Shown piece after piece: positions 19,315 through 27,700 of a stretch of DNA of 39,663 bases. Source of the DNA: Deltaproteobacteria bacterium (lineage in GTDB: Bacteria > UBA10199 > DSSB01); assembly GCA_020853015.1 (NCBI GenBank), contig JADYZQ010000027.1, positions 1-39,663 of the forward strand, read 5' to 3'. The notes under the pieces were generated by a model. It made no database searches. It was not told the DNA's origin and saw only the letters and a program-made list of their open reading frames with translations. A program made the translations under genes and the position numbers. Each line of letters opens with the position of its first letter. Within the stretch, counting starts at the first letter, position 1.

Positions 19315-20166
19315 ATGCTAAACAAAAAGTTTACGGCCTTAGCGAGCACTCTCGCCCTGGCCCTTACCCTCGCTGCCTGCGGCAAAAAGCCGGGCGGCAC
19401 CACCACCGAAACCGCGGCCCCCGCCGACAAGAAGGAAGCGGCGGCGCCCGCCGCTCCCGCGGCCCCGGCCGCCGGCAGCGGCAGCATCAAGGGCAAGGTC
19501 AGCTTCACCGGCACTGCCCCCGATATGCCCGAGCTGAAGCGCGAGGCCGATCCCTTCTGCGCCAAGACCAAGATGAAAGACGAAGAAGTCGTCGTCAACG
19601 CCAACGGCACCCTGAAGAACGTCGCCTTGATCGTGCAGGGCGCCGCGGCCTCGACCCCCGATGCGGCGGTCGTCTCCGAGGTCGACCAGGTCAACTGCAT
19701 GTACACCCCTCGGGTGGTTACGGCGGCCTTCGGGCAAAACGTCAAGATCGTGAACAGCGATCCCATCTTGCACAACGTTCACACCTACGCGGACACCAAG
19801 ACCTTGTTCAACCGCGCCCAGCCGAAGGGCTCGCCTCCCATGGATAAGACCTTCAGCAAGGACGACGGCGGGGTGGTCAAGTTCAAGTGCGACGTCCACC
19901 CCTGGATGACCGGCTGGCTGGTCCTCAACGACAACGCCTTGAACGCCGTCACCGGCGATTCCGGCGAGTTTGAGATCAAGGGCGTTCCGGCCGGCACCTA
20001 CAAGATCCAGGCCTGGCACGAGAAATACGGTCCCAAGACCGTCGACGTGACCGTCGAGGCCGACAAGACCGCCGAGGCCAACTTCACCTACGACGGTACC
20101 GAGAAGGCGGCCTACGACTTCAAGGAGGTCCATATCTCCTTGAACCACCCGGGCCATCAGCACTAA
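19315..20166 (+). CDS. Lipoprotein with cupredoxin-like and carboxypeptidase-regulatory-like domains
   Basis: Lipobox LAAC; HNVH and KCDVHPWM (Cys/His/Met copper-like ligand set); GEFEIKGVPAGTYKIQAWHE; AGGAG RBS. Confidence 0.8.
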   Translation: MLNKKFTALASTLALALTLAACGKKPGGTTTETAAPADKKEAAAPAAPAAPAAGSGSIKGKVSFTGTAPDMPELKREADPFCAKTKMKDEEVVVNANGTLKNVALIVQGAAASTPDAAVVSEVDQVNCMYTPRVVTAAFGQNVKIVNSDPILHNVHTYADTKTLFNRAQPKGSPPMDKTFSKDDGGVVKFKCDVHPWMTGWLVLNDNALNAVTGDSGEFEIKGVPAGTYKIQAWHEKYGPKTVDVTVEADKTAEANFTYDGTEKAAYDFKEVHISLNHPGHQH

Positions 20167-20191
20167 GCCTCTGGCTTCGTTTTGAAATTCC

Positions 20192-20224
20192 AGCCCCCCG
20201 CGCGAGCGGGGGGCTTTTTATTTT
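20192..20224 (+). terminator. Rho-independent terminator
   Basis: agccccccgc-GCGA-gcggggggct followed by a T-rich tail. Confidence 0.9.
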
Positions 20225-20275
20225 GCGCGGACCTTGCCTTGACCCTGGGGGCGGCTTTTTGCTAACCAAGGTCCC

Positions 20276-21232
20276 ATGCACGATTCCCGGAACGCCTCGC
20301 CATCCCTTCGATATCTGGCGCTTTTCACCGCGGTCCTGACTTGGTTCTTGATCCTCATCGGGGGCATCGTCCACGGCACGGGATCCTCCCTGGCCTGTCC
20401 CGATTGGCCGACCTGTTACGGATCCTTTTTTCCGGAAATGAAAGGAGGGATCTTCTTCGAGCACTCCCACCGACTCGTCGCCGCTCTGACGGGCCTGCTG
20501 ACCTTGGCCCTCTGTTTCCTATCTTGGAAACAAGGGAAGGGCGCCCTGCGGAAGGCGGGGGTCGCGGCCGCGGCCTTGGTGATCTTCCAGGGCATTCTGG
20601 GCGGCATCACCGTGCTCTACCGCCTGCCCACCGCGGTCTCGACGGCCCATCTCGCCACCTCGATGATCTTTCTCTGCCTCGTCTCCGGGATCGCCTTCGC
20701 GTGTTTTCCGCTCCGCTTCCCGGTCTCCGGCGAGTCCCTGCGCGGATGGAAGGCCTGGCTGCTTCCGACCTTGATTCTGGTTTACCTCCAGATCGTGTTG
20801 GGCGCCTTGGTGCGGCATACGGGCGCCGGGCTCGCCTGTCTGGACATCCCCCTTTGCCGGGGCAGCCTTTGGCCCGAGGGCGCGCCGCCGATCCTCCAGG
20901 TACACATGCTGCATCGCCTGGCCGGTGCCGTCGTCGGCGTCGTCGTGCTCGCGACTTCCTGGCGCGCCTACCGCGCCGGCGAGGGTTTCCCCGCGCTGCG
21001 CTTCCTGTCTCTGGCGGCTCCGGTCTTGGTCCTGCTGCAAATAGGCCTAGGTCTCTGGAGCGTGCATTCCGCCCTGGGGCTGTTTCCCGTGACGGCCCAC
21101 CTCGGCGTCGGGGCGCTGCTTCTGGTGGTATTCTTCCTGATGAACCTCGGCGCGGTCCTGGCTCGGCGCGGGACCGCGGGAGGGGAGGCGAGGGGGGCCG
21201 TTCCGGGGGGCCTTCGCCCCTCCACGGTATAG
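20276..21232 (+). CDS. ctaA: Heme A synthase (COX15/CtaA)
   Basis: GSSLACPDWPTC, EHSHR, AGLACLDIPLC and HMLHR motifs; multiple TM helices. Confidence 0.93.
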   Translation: MHDSRNASPSLRYLALFTAVLTWFLILIGGIVHGTGSSLACPDWPTCYGSFFPEMKGGIFFEHSHRLVAALTGLLTLALCFLSWKQGKGALRKAGVAAAALVIFQGILGGITVLYRLPTAVSTAHLATSMIFLCLVSGIAFACFPLRFPVSGESLRGWKAWLLPTLILVYLQIVLGALVRHTGAGLACLDIPLCRGSLWPEGAPPILQVHMLHRLAGAVVGVVVLATSWRAYRAGEGFPALRFLSLAAPVLVLLQIGLGLWSVHSALGLFPVTAHLGVGALLLVVFFLMNLGAVLARRGTAGGEARGAVPGGLRPSTV

Positions 21233-21240
21233 GAACCGGC

Positions 21241-22122
21241 ATGAAGGCCCAGGCCCAGCTTTCCACCCATACCTTGGTCGACGTCGTGACCCTGGTGAAG
21301 CCGCGGATCACGCTGCTCACGATCATCACGGCCGCGGCGGGCATTCACCTGGCGCCCGGTTCCGCCGACTGGGGTCTCATCGTGGTGGCCTGCGTCGGCA
21401 TCGCGCTTTTGGTCGGGGGCGCGAACGCCCTTAACATGTTTCTCGAGCGCGACACCGATCTCTTGATGAAGCGCACCCAAAACCGCCCGCTGCCGGGAAA
21501 GCGCCTCAGCCCGGATTTCGTCCTGGGCTTCGGTAGCCTGCTGATCGGCGTCTCGATCCCCCTGCTGACCTATTACGTCAATCCGCTCACCGGCGCCTTG
21601 GGTGCGCTCTCGCTGGTCAGCTACGTTTTGTTTTACACGCCGCTCAAGCGGAAATCCGCGACGGCGCTTTGGGTGGGGGCGGTGCCCGGCGCGATGCCGC
21701 CACTGCTGGGCTGGACGGCGGTGACCGGGTCGATCGGACTGCCAGCGCTGGTGCTGTTCGCGATCATCTTCTTTTGGCAGATCCCCCATTTTCTCGCGAT
21801 CGGCCTGTTCCGCAAGGAAGAATACGCCCGTGCGGGGATCCGCATCTATACCCTCGAGGCGAGCGACCGCGACATCCTCTTTCAGATCGTCATGAACACC
21901 GTCGCGCTCTTCGCGGTCAGCCTGCTCTTGATTCCGCTGCACGTCACGGGAACGCACTATTTGATCGCCGCGCTGGTTTTGGGCGGCGCCTTCTTGGGAT
22001 ATGGGCTGCTGGGCTTCCGCAACGGATTGAACGAGGAATGGGCGCGCCGCCTCTTCCTGATTTCCCTGGTCTATCTCACCGCTCTCTTCACCGTCCTGTT
22101 CTTCGATGGAGGATCCTCATGA
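21241..22122 (+). CDS. ctaB: Protoheme IX farnesyltransferase (heme O synthase)
   Basis: LVKPRI, N..LERDTD..MKRT.NRPLP, YTPLKRK, GA.PGAMPPL.GW and WQIPHF motifs. The true start is ATG 21241, inside the longer ORF call. Confidence 0.95.
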   Translation: MKAQAQLSTHTLVDVVTLVKPRITLLTIITAAAGIHLAPGSADWGLIVVACVGIALLVGGANALNMFLERDTDLLMKRTQNRPLPGKRLSPDFVLGFGSLLIGVSIPLLTYYVNPLTGALGALSLVSYVLFYTPLKRKSATALWVGAVPGAMPPLLGWTAVTGSIGLPALVLFAIIFFWQIPHFLAIGLFRKEEYARAGIRIYTLEASDRDILFQIVMNTVALFAVSLLLIPLHVTGTHYLIAALVLGGAFLGYGLLGFRNGLNEEWARRLFLISLVYLTALFTVLFFDGGSS

Positions 22123-22748
22123 AGCCTCGTTGGATGTTCATGCTCTTCGCGCTCGCGCTCGGCGCCTGCCAGCGCCCCGAGCTGCCGGTCTTGGGGAGTA
22201 TCCCCGAATTCCGCCTGACCACCCAGGACGACAAGCCCTTCGGCCACGAGGACATGAAGGGGAAGGTGTGGGTCGCCAATTTCATCTTCACCTCCTGCGG
22301 CGGGGCCTGCCCGATGATGACCGAGCGGATGAAGAAGAACATTCAAACGCCCCTGGTCGAGATGGCCGCGGGGAACGCGGATTTTCCCGCGCGGATCGTC
22401 TCCTTCAGCGTCGACCCGGAGCGGGACAAGCCGCAGGTCCTGGCCGACTACGCCAAGAATCACGGAGCCGACCTGCGCTACTGGACCTTCCTCACCGGGC
22501 CGCTTCAGGAGGTGACGAAGACCGTGGTCGAGGGCTTCAAAATCAGCATGGGGAAGGTCCCCGCGGCGACGCCCCAGGCCCAAGGCGGCGGCGCCGACGA
22601 CGACGAGATCTGGGAGATCGTCCACGGGGAGCAATTTTTATTGATCGACGCGCAGGGCCGGATCCGCGGCTTCTATTCCTCCGAGGGTCAGGGCCTGCGC
22701 AAGCTGTTGGCCGACCTGCGCGGCCTGCTGAAAGGGAAGACCTCATGA
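22119..22748 (+). CDS. SCO1/SenC copper chaperone lipoprotein
   Basis: Lipobox LGAC; FIFTSCGGACP (CxxxCP), SVDPERD, W.FLTG and a conserved His (IVHG); ATGA overlap with ctaB. Confidence 0.92.
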   Translation: MKPRWMFMLFALALGACQRPELPVLGSIPEFRLTTQDDKPFGHEDMKGKVWVANFIFTSCGGACPMMTERMKKNIQTPLVEMAAGNADFPARIVSFSVDPERDKPQVLADYAKNHGADLRYWTFLTGPLQEVTKTVVEGFKISMGKVPAATPQAQGGGADDDEIWEIVHGEQFLLIDAQGRIRGFYSSEGQGLRKLLADLRGLLKGKTS

Positions 22749-23164
22749 GTTGGGGAGACAGCCTGGCCGCTTTGAACGCCACGCTCAACGCAACCGCCGC
22801 AATACTGCTGTTTTTGGGATGGAGGGCCGTCCGCGCCGGAAAGGTGGCCCGGCACCGCGCCTTCATGGGCTCGGCCTTCCTGGTGTCGGCCCTGTTTCTC
22901 GTTTCCTACCTGACCCGCTTCTACCTGACCGGCACCCACCGTTATCCGGGCACCGGGGCGATGCGGACGATCTACCTGAGCGTCCTGCTCACCCATACCG
23001 TGCTGGCCGCGGCCGTGCCCTTTTTGGCGATCCGCACCATCTACCTGGCCCTCAAGGATCGCGTCGCCGCCCATCGGAAGATCGCCAGGGTCACCTTGCC
23101 TGTCTGGATGTACGTCTCGGTGACGGGGGTCTTGATCTACTTCATGCTCTACCACTGGGCCTGA
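22745..23164 (+). CDS. DUF420 family membrane protein (CtaM-like)
   Basis: LNATLN, HRAFM..AF..S.LFL.SYL, H..LA, HRKIAR...P.W.YVSVTG motifs; ATGA overlap with sco. Confidence 0.88.
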   Translation: MSWGDSLAALNATLNATAAILLFLGWRAVRAGKVARHRAFMGSAFLVSALFLVSYLTRFYLTGTHRYPGTGAMRTIYLSVLLTHTVLAAAVPFLAIRTIYLALKDRVAAHRKIARVTLPVWMYVSVTGVLIYFMLYHWA

Positions 23165-23183
23165 TTCGCCCGGCCTTAAGGGA

Positions 23184-24368
23184 TTATATCGCCTCGACGG
23201 GCTGCGGCTCGCGGGAGGATTGCTTCGCGTCCCGCACCGGGATGTTGAGGCTAAGCAGGAAAACCGCCCCCAAGAGCCCGCAGGCCAGGAAGAAGGGGAA
23301 GGCGGGGTTGCGGTCGTAGAGGAGGCCGGCCAGGACCGGCCCGGCGACCCGCGCCAGCGAGGCGCTGGCCTGGAAGGTGCCCATCACCGAGCCGTGCAGG
23401 CTCTCGTCGCCGCCGCGGGAGACGAGGCTCATCAGCGAGGGCTGGCTGATGCCGCGACCCACCGACGACACCGCCAGCGGAATCAACAGCAGGGCGATAC
23501 TGGGGCTTTCGGGAATCAGGACGAAGGCCGCGGCGAGACAGAGGCTTCCCACCGTCAGCAGTCTTTTTTCCCCGAAGCGCATCACCAGCCGTTTGATCAG
23601 GCCGCCTTGGATCGCCACCATGATGAGCGCCATCAGCGCCAGGATGTAGGCGACGTGCTGCGCGTCGTAGCGGAAGCGGTCGGCCATGAAGAAGGCGAAG
23701 ATCGACTCGAGCTGGTTGACCCCCAAAGTGAAAAGGAAATTGATCGCGCAGAGCCGTTGCACGAGGGGGATGCTAAGCGCCGAGCGCATCCCGCCGCTCC
23801 GGCCGGCGCCGCGAGGGGATTCCGACTCGCCCAGCCGGAACAGCGCGTAGACGACGTTGACCGCGCAGAGGCCGGCGGCCGTGAGGATGGGGACATGGTA
23901 ACCGTAGACCGAGAGGGCCCCGCCCAGGGCCGGGCCCAGGATGAAGCCGATCCCGAAGGCCGCCCCGATCATTCCCATGCCCTTGGCGCGGTTTTCGGCG
24001 GTGGTCACGTCGGTGACGTAGGCGGAGGCGACGCTGATGTTGGCGCCGAAGATCCCCGAGAGGATGCGGCCGGCGAAGAGCAGGACGAGGGAATCGGCCA
24101 GGCCGAGGACCAAGAGCCCGAAGACCGAGCCGGCCATCGTCAAAAGCAGGACCTTTTTCCGCCCGATGCGGTCGGAGAGCCGTCCCCAGAGCGGCGAGAA
24201 GAGGAATTGCATCGCGGCGTAGGACATCAGCAAAAAGCCCAGGACCGTCGCGTTGGCCCCGTATTTTTCGGCATAGAAGGGGAGGATCGGCACCACGATG
24301 CCGAAGCCGATCAGGTCGAGGACGACGACGCTGAACAGGATAAGGAGGGAACTCGGGCCTTGCTTCAT
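23184..24368 (-). CDS. MFS transporter, TetA/DHA1-like
   Basis: GRLSDRIGRKK (motif A), GRILSGIFGA, GFILGPALGG (motif C); hydrophobicity consistent with 12 TM helices. Confidence 0.92.
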   Translation of the reverse strand: MKQGPSSLLILFSVVVLDLIGFGIVVPILPFYAEKYGANATVLGFLLMSYAAMQFLFSPLWGRLSDRIGRKKVLLLTMAGSVFGLLVLGLADSLVLLFAGRILSGIFGANISVASAYVTDVTTAENRAKGMGMIGAAFGIGFILGPALGGALSVYGYHVPILTAAGLCAVNVVYALFRLGESESPRGAGRSGGMRSALSIPLVQRLCAINFLFTLGVNQLESIFAFFMADRFRYDAQHVAYILALMALIMVAIQGGLIKRLVMRFGEKRLLTVGSLCLAAAFVLIPESPSIALLLIPLAVSSVGRGISQPSLMSLVSRGGDESLHGSVMGTFQASASLARVAGPVLAGLLYDRNPAFPFFLACGLLGAVFLLSLNIPVRDAKQSSREPQPVEAI

Positions 24369-24487
24369 GGGGAAAAAATCTCCGCAGCGTCTCTCCCATG
24401 GAAGCCAAGTGAATTCAAGGGAGAAGCGCCCCCGCCTAAGTCCAGGATATCCTTGACGAAGCGCGGCGAAGCGGCTATGGGACAGGC

Positions 24488-24655
24488 ATGGAACATTTTC
24501 TCCATATCCTGTCCCTGCCCGACAATATCCCGATCATCTTCATGCTGCTGTCGGTGGTCTTCCTGACTTGGCTCTCCTTCAGCGAGGCCAAGAAAAACGA
24601 CAAACTGACCGAAGAGGGCAAGGCCGACCAAATCTACCGCCGGATGGTCGAGTAG
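24488..24655 (+). CDS. Small (55 aa) single-TM protein, absent from the ORF track
   Basis: Hand translation: MEHFLHILSLPDNIPIIFMLLSVVFLTWLSFSEAKKNDKLTEEGKADQIYRRMVE*. Third codon positions are GC-rich, and TTGACG lies upstream at 24453. Confidence 0.75.
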   Translation: MEHFLHILSLPDNIPIIFMLLSVVFLTWLSFSEAKKNDKLTEEGKADQIYRRMVE

Positions 24656-24760
24656 GGGCCCGCCCCCAGGGGCAGTTTCCCCGCAACCTTCTCCCGGCCG
24701 CCGCGATAAACCCGCGACTTTTATTCCTTTAAACGTTATCCGGGGTTTCGCGGTAAGGTC

Positions 24761-27700
24761 ATGTCCAGCGGTCGTCCATTCGGGATCGGGTCCCGAAGCT
24801 CAAGCTTTGCTTTAAGCCCTTTCAGGGCTCGACCTTTACTTTCCAATTCCTCTAATAATACCGATTCCAACGGAGTTTTTAGCCCACTGCGACGGGCCTT
24901 GGTTGCCTCGTTTCTGCTCACGGCCACCGGGGTGGAAGCGGGTGCGGGCCGCGATGGCTCCGCCTATCTGAGGGCCTTGCAGCGCCTCTCCGAGACGATC
25001 ACCGGAAACACCGGCGGCCTGCGTGAGGCCTTCCGCGGCTTGGGCGCCTCCGATCAGGCGGCCCTGCGGACCCGCTTGGGTGGCACACTCGACGAACTCC
25101 TCGCCTTGGGAGAGGAGAGCGATCCGGAATTATTTTATGCCGGACTCCTAAACTTGGGCGGTCGTGCCGCCCGCGACGGCGATTCGGTCTTGAGCGGCGC
25201 CATCTATCAGGGCCTCGCGGAAGGCCCGGCGGAGATCCGCGATTCGATGCCCGCGGCCCTGGGCCGGCGGGCCCTGGAGGAATTCAACGCCATGCGCGGG
25301 ACGGGTTCCGCCGGGCGTCGCTTCGAGTACCTGGCCCGGCACTTCGCCCGCGAGGCCTCGGATCCTGCCATGCTCCTTGGTATGGGCGTTGCGGGGACGG
25401 TATTCAGTGCAACCCGCCTTGGCGTTCTCTCCCGGCTCGCCGCCCGGCCGGCAGCCTGGTGGACGCGGGGCTTCGGGGCGGGGATGGCGGCGAGCGCCGC
25501 GGCCTTCCCCGCGGAGGTCCTGGCCTTCTGGGGGACGACGCGGGTCTACGGCCTGGCGGTGCGGCCCGAGACGCTGCGTTGGGACCGCGCCTCGATCGGA
25601 CATGAGTTGGCCGGTCTCGGCATCACCTTGGGCTGCCTGAAATTGTTCGGTGCCGCCTCGGGCCGGCTCTTCGACCGCGCCCACGGCATCGATCCCGTCA
25701 CCGGCGCGGCGGCCCGCCTGCCGGCCTTCACTCGATTTTCACGCACGGCCTTCCAGCAGCTGGGCACCCTGGGCGGCATCGCGACCGGCCATTACGCCGA
25801 GATGCGCCTGGGCCTTAGGCCTCAGGTCAGCGGCGACGTCTTTTGGACGGATGCCTTGGTCACCTTGCTGCAATTCCACGTCGGCGGGCGCCTGAGCCAC
25901 CATGTGCTGGGCCCGCGCCACGCGGCGATGATGCAGGAGATGGCCCTGCGCACGCGCGGTCTCGAGCTGCCGCGCGCGGCGACGGGGCGCACCCCCTTGC
26001 CGCCTTTCGGCGGCGTCCTGGCGACGGCGGGCGCGGAGGGAATCGTCGGCCCGAGACCCGCGCGGGAAGGGCCCTCGCGGGAGCACATCCTGGAGATGTC
26101 CATCCGGAACCCCGACGAGAAGGGCGGTCCCCCGGCGGTGCGTCCGGCCTCGGTGCGGGGCGAGGCCGGCAACGCCGAGCGGGCACTGGAATCGCCTTTC
26201 AAGGCCTTGGTCAACGCCCTCTACAACGAAGAGCTCTCCCCCGGCGAGCGCTACCGGCTTTCCCAAGAGCTGCACCAAGATCTTCCGCTCGCCCGCGAAG
26301 TGTACCTGCGAATGCGGCGGACGGGGCAGATCCCCAAGGAGCGGGCTACGAACGAGCCGCCCGCCGACCTCGACGCGGTCCTGCATCGCATCAATCTGAG
26401 GCATTTCGAAGAGGTCAGCGACCGAATGCACGATTGGCAGGCGCGCTTCCAGTTCCTCCAAAGGGAGCTGCGCGAAAGGGTCAATCAGGGGGCGAAGAGC
26501 CGTCGCAGGCTGACGCGGCGACTGCTGGACAGCGTCCAGCTCAAGCTGCTCGAGACGCGGCGCTACCACCACGACGCCGAATCCTACTTAGGCGACGTCA
26601 AGGGGCCGAGCCGCAAGTCGGTGTTTGCTCCCCAGCGTTACGAGAAGCTCCTGCACCGCTACAACGATATCCAAGAGCGGCTGGGGCGCTACATCGAGGC
26701 CAAGCCCGAGCTGGCCAAGCTGCTGCAGCGCTACCAAAGCGTCGTCGCCGGCCGCGGCGCTCCCCCGAAGGCGGAGCCCGAGGCCCTCGAGGCCGAGCTG
26801 CGGCGTTCGCCGCTCAGCGCCGAACGGCAGGATCTCTTCCGCAGGGCGATGGGCGAGGGCGACCTCTTGCTGGGGCAATACGAGGGATTTTCCGTGGGCC
26901 TCTGGCTGCGCGACCTGAACGCGGGCGGCGACAGCCGCCGCAGCCGCCGAGGGTGGCGCGACTTGGGGGAATACCTGGAGACCGCGGAGGCGGTGAGAAA
27001 TCTCCTCGGATCGGACGCCTTCCAGGAGTGGCAGATGGCCCACGAGAAGCTCATGCTCGCGGAGAGCGCCGACAAGACCGCGGGCCCGCTTCTGCAGCAG
27101 ATACTCACGGCCAAGACCTCCCAGGACACCTCGGCCCTCGCGGGGCGCTTCATCGCGGCCGTTCCTCCGGTCGCGGAGGCCCTGGCCCGATTCCGTCCCG
27201 TCTTGCGCGCGAGCGCCGCCTTGAAATGGCCCGAGATGCGGACCCAACTGATCCGCCTGGCCGAGCGGCAATACCTCACCCATGAGACGGTAAGAGGCCT
27301 GCTGGCCTGGCTCGATCCGGCCGCGAACGGCGGAGACCGCCAGATGATCCACGCCATCCGCGAGGAAGCGGTGGCCGGCCTCATCGACTTCGTCTGCAAG
27401 GGCAGCCATACCCAGGAGCATCGCCAGGAAATTTCGCGTTTCTTGCACGAAGTGGTGGCGCGCCGGGATTTGCGGATGTTCTCGGTCCTGGCGATCACCT
27501 TCCAGAATTACCAGCTGGGGATGATGCGCGACCGGTTGCAAGTCCGCAACCAACCTTCGAAGGACCTCTTGACTGACCGCATGGCGATCGAATCCTACGA
27601 CCGGTTTCGCGAGGCCATTCTCGCCACCGGACGCTTCTACCTCGAGAACCGGGAGGTCCGCGGACCCTACTTCGAGGTCTTCGAAAAGCTGGAATACGGC

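Noticed and set aside
20341-22748. Apparent N-terminal extensions or fusions of ctaB (20341), sco (21669), DUF420 (22106) and likewise ccsA (36053)
   Set aside because: The extensions overlap upstream genes in another frame. Downstream ATGs with ATGA coupling or immediate adjacency give normal-length proteins.
23184-24368. Acquired tetracycline-resistance gene
   Set aside because: It is a generic DHA1-type MFS with host-like GC, no tetR and no mobile context, and the substrate cannot be inferred.
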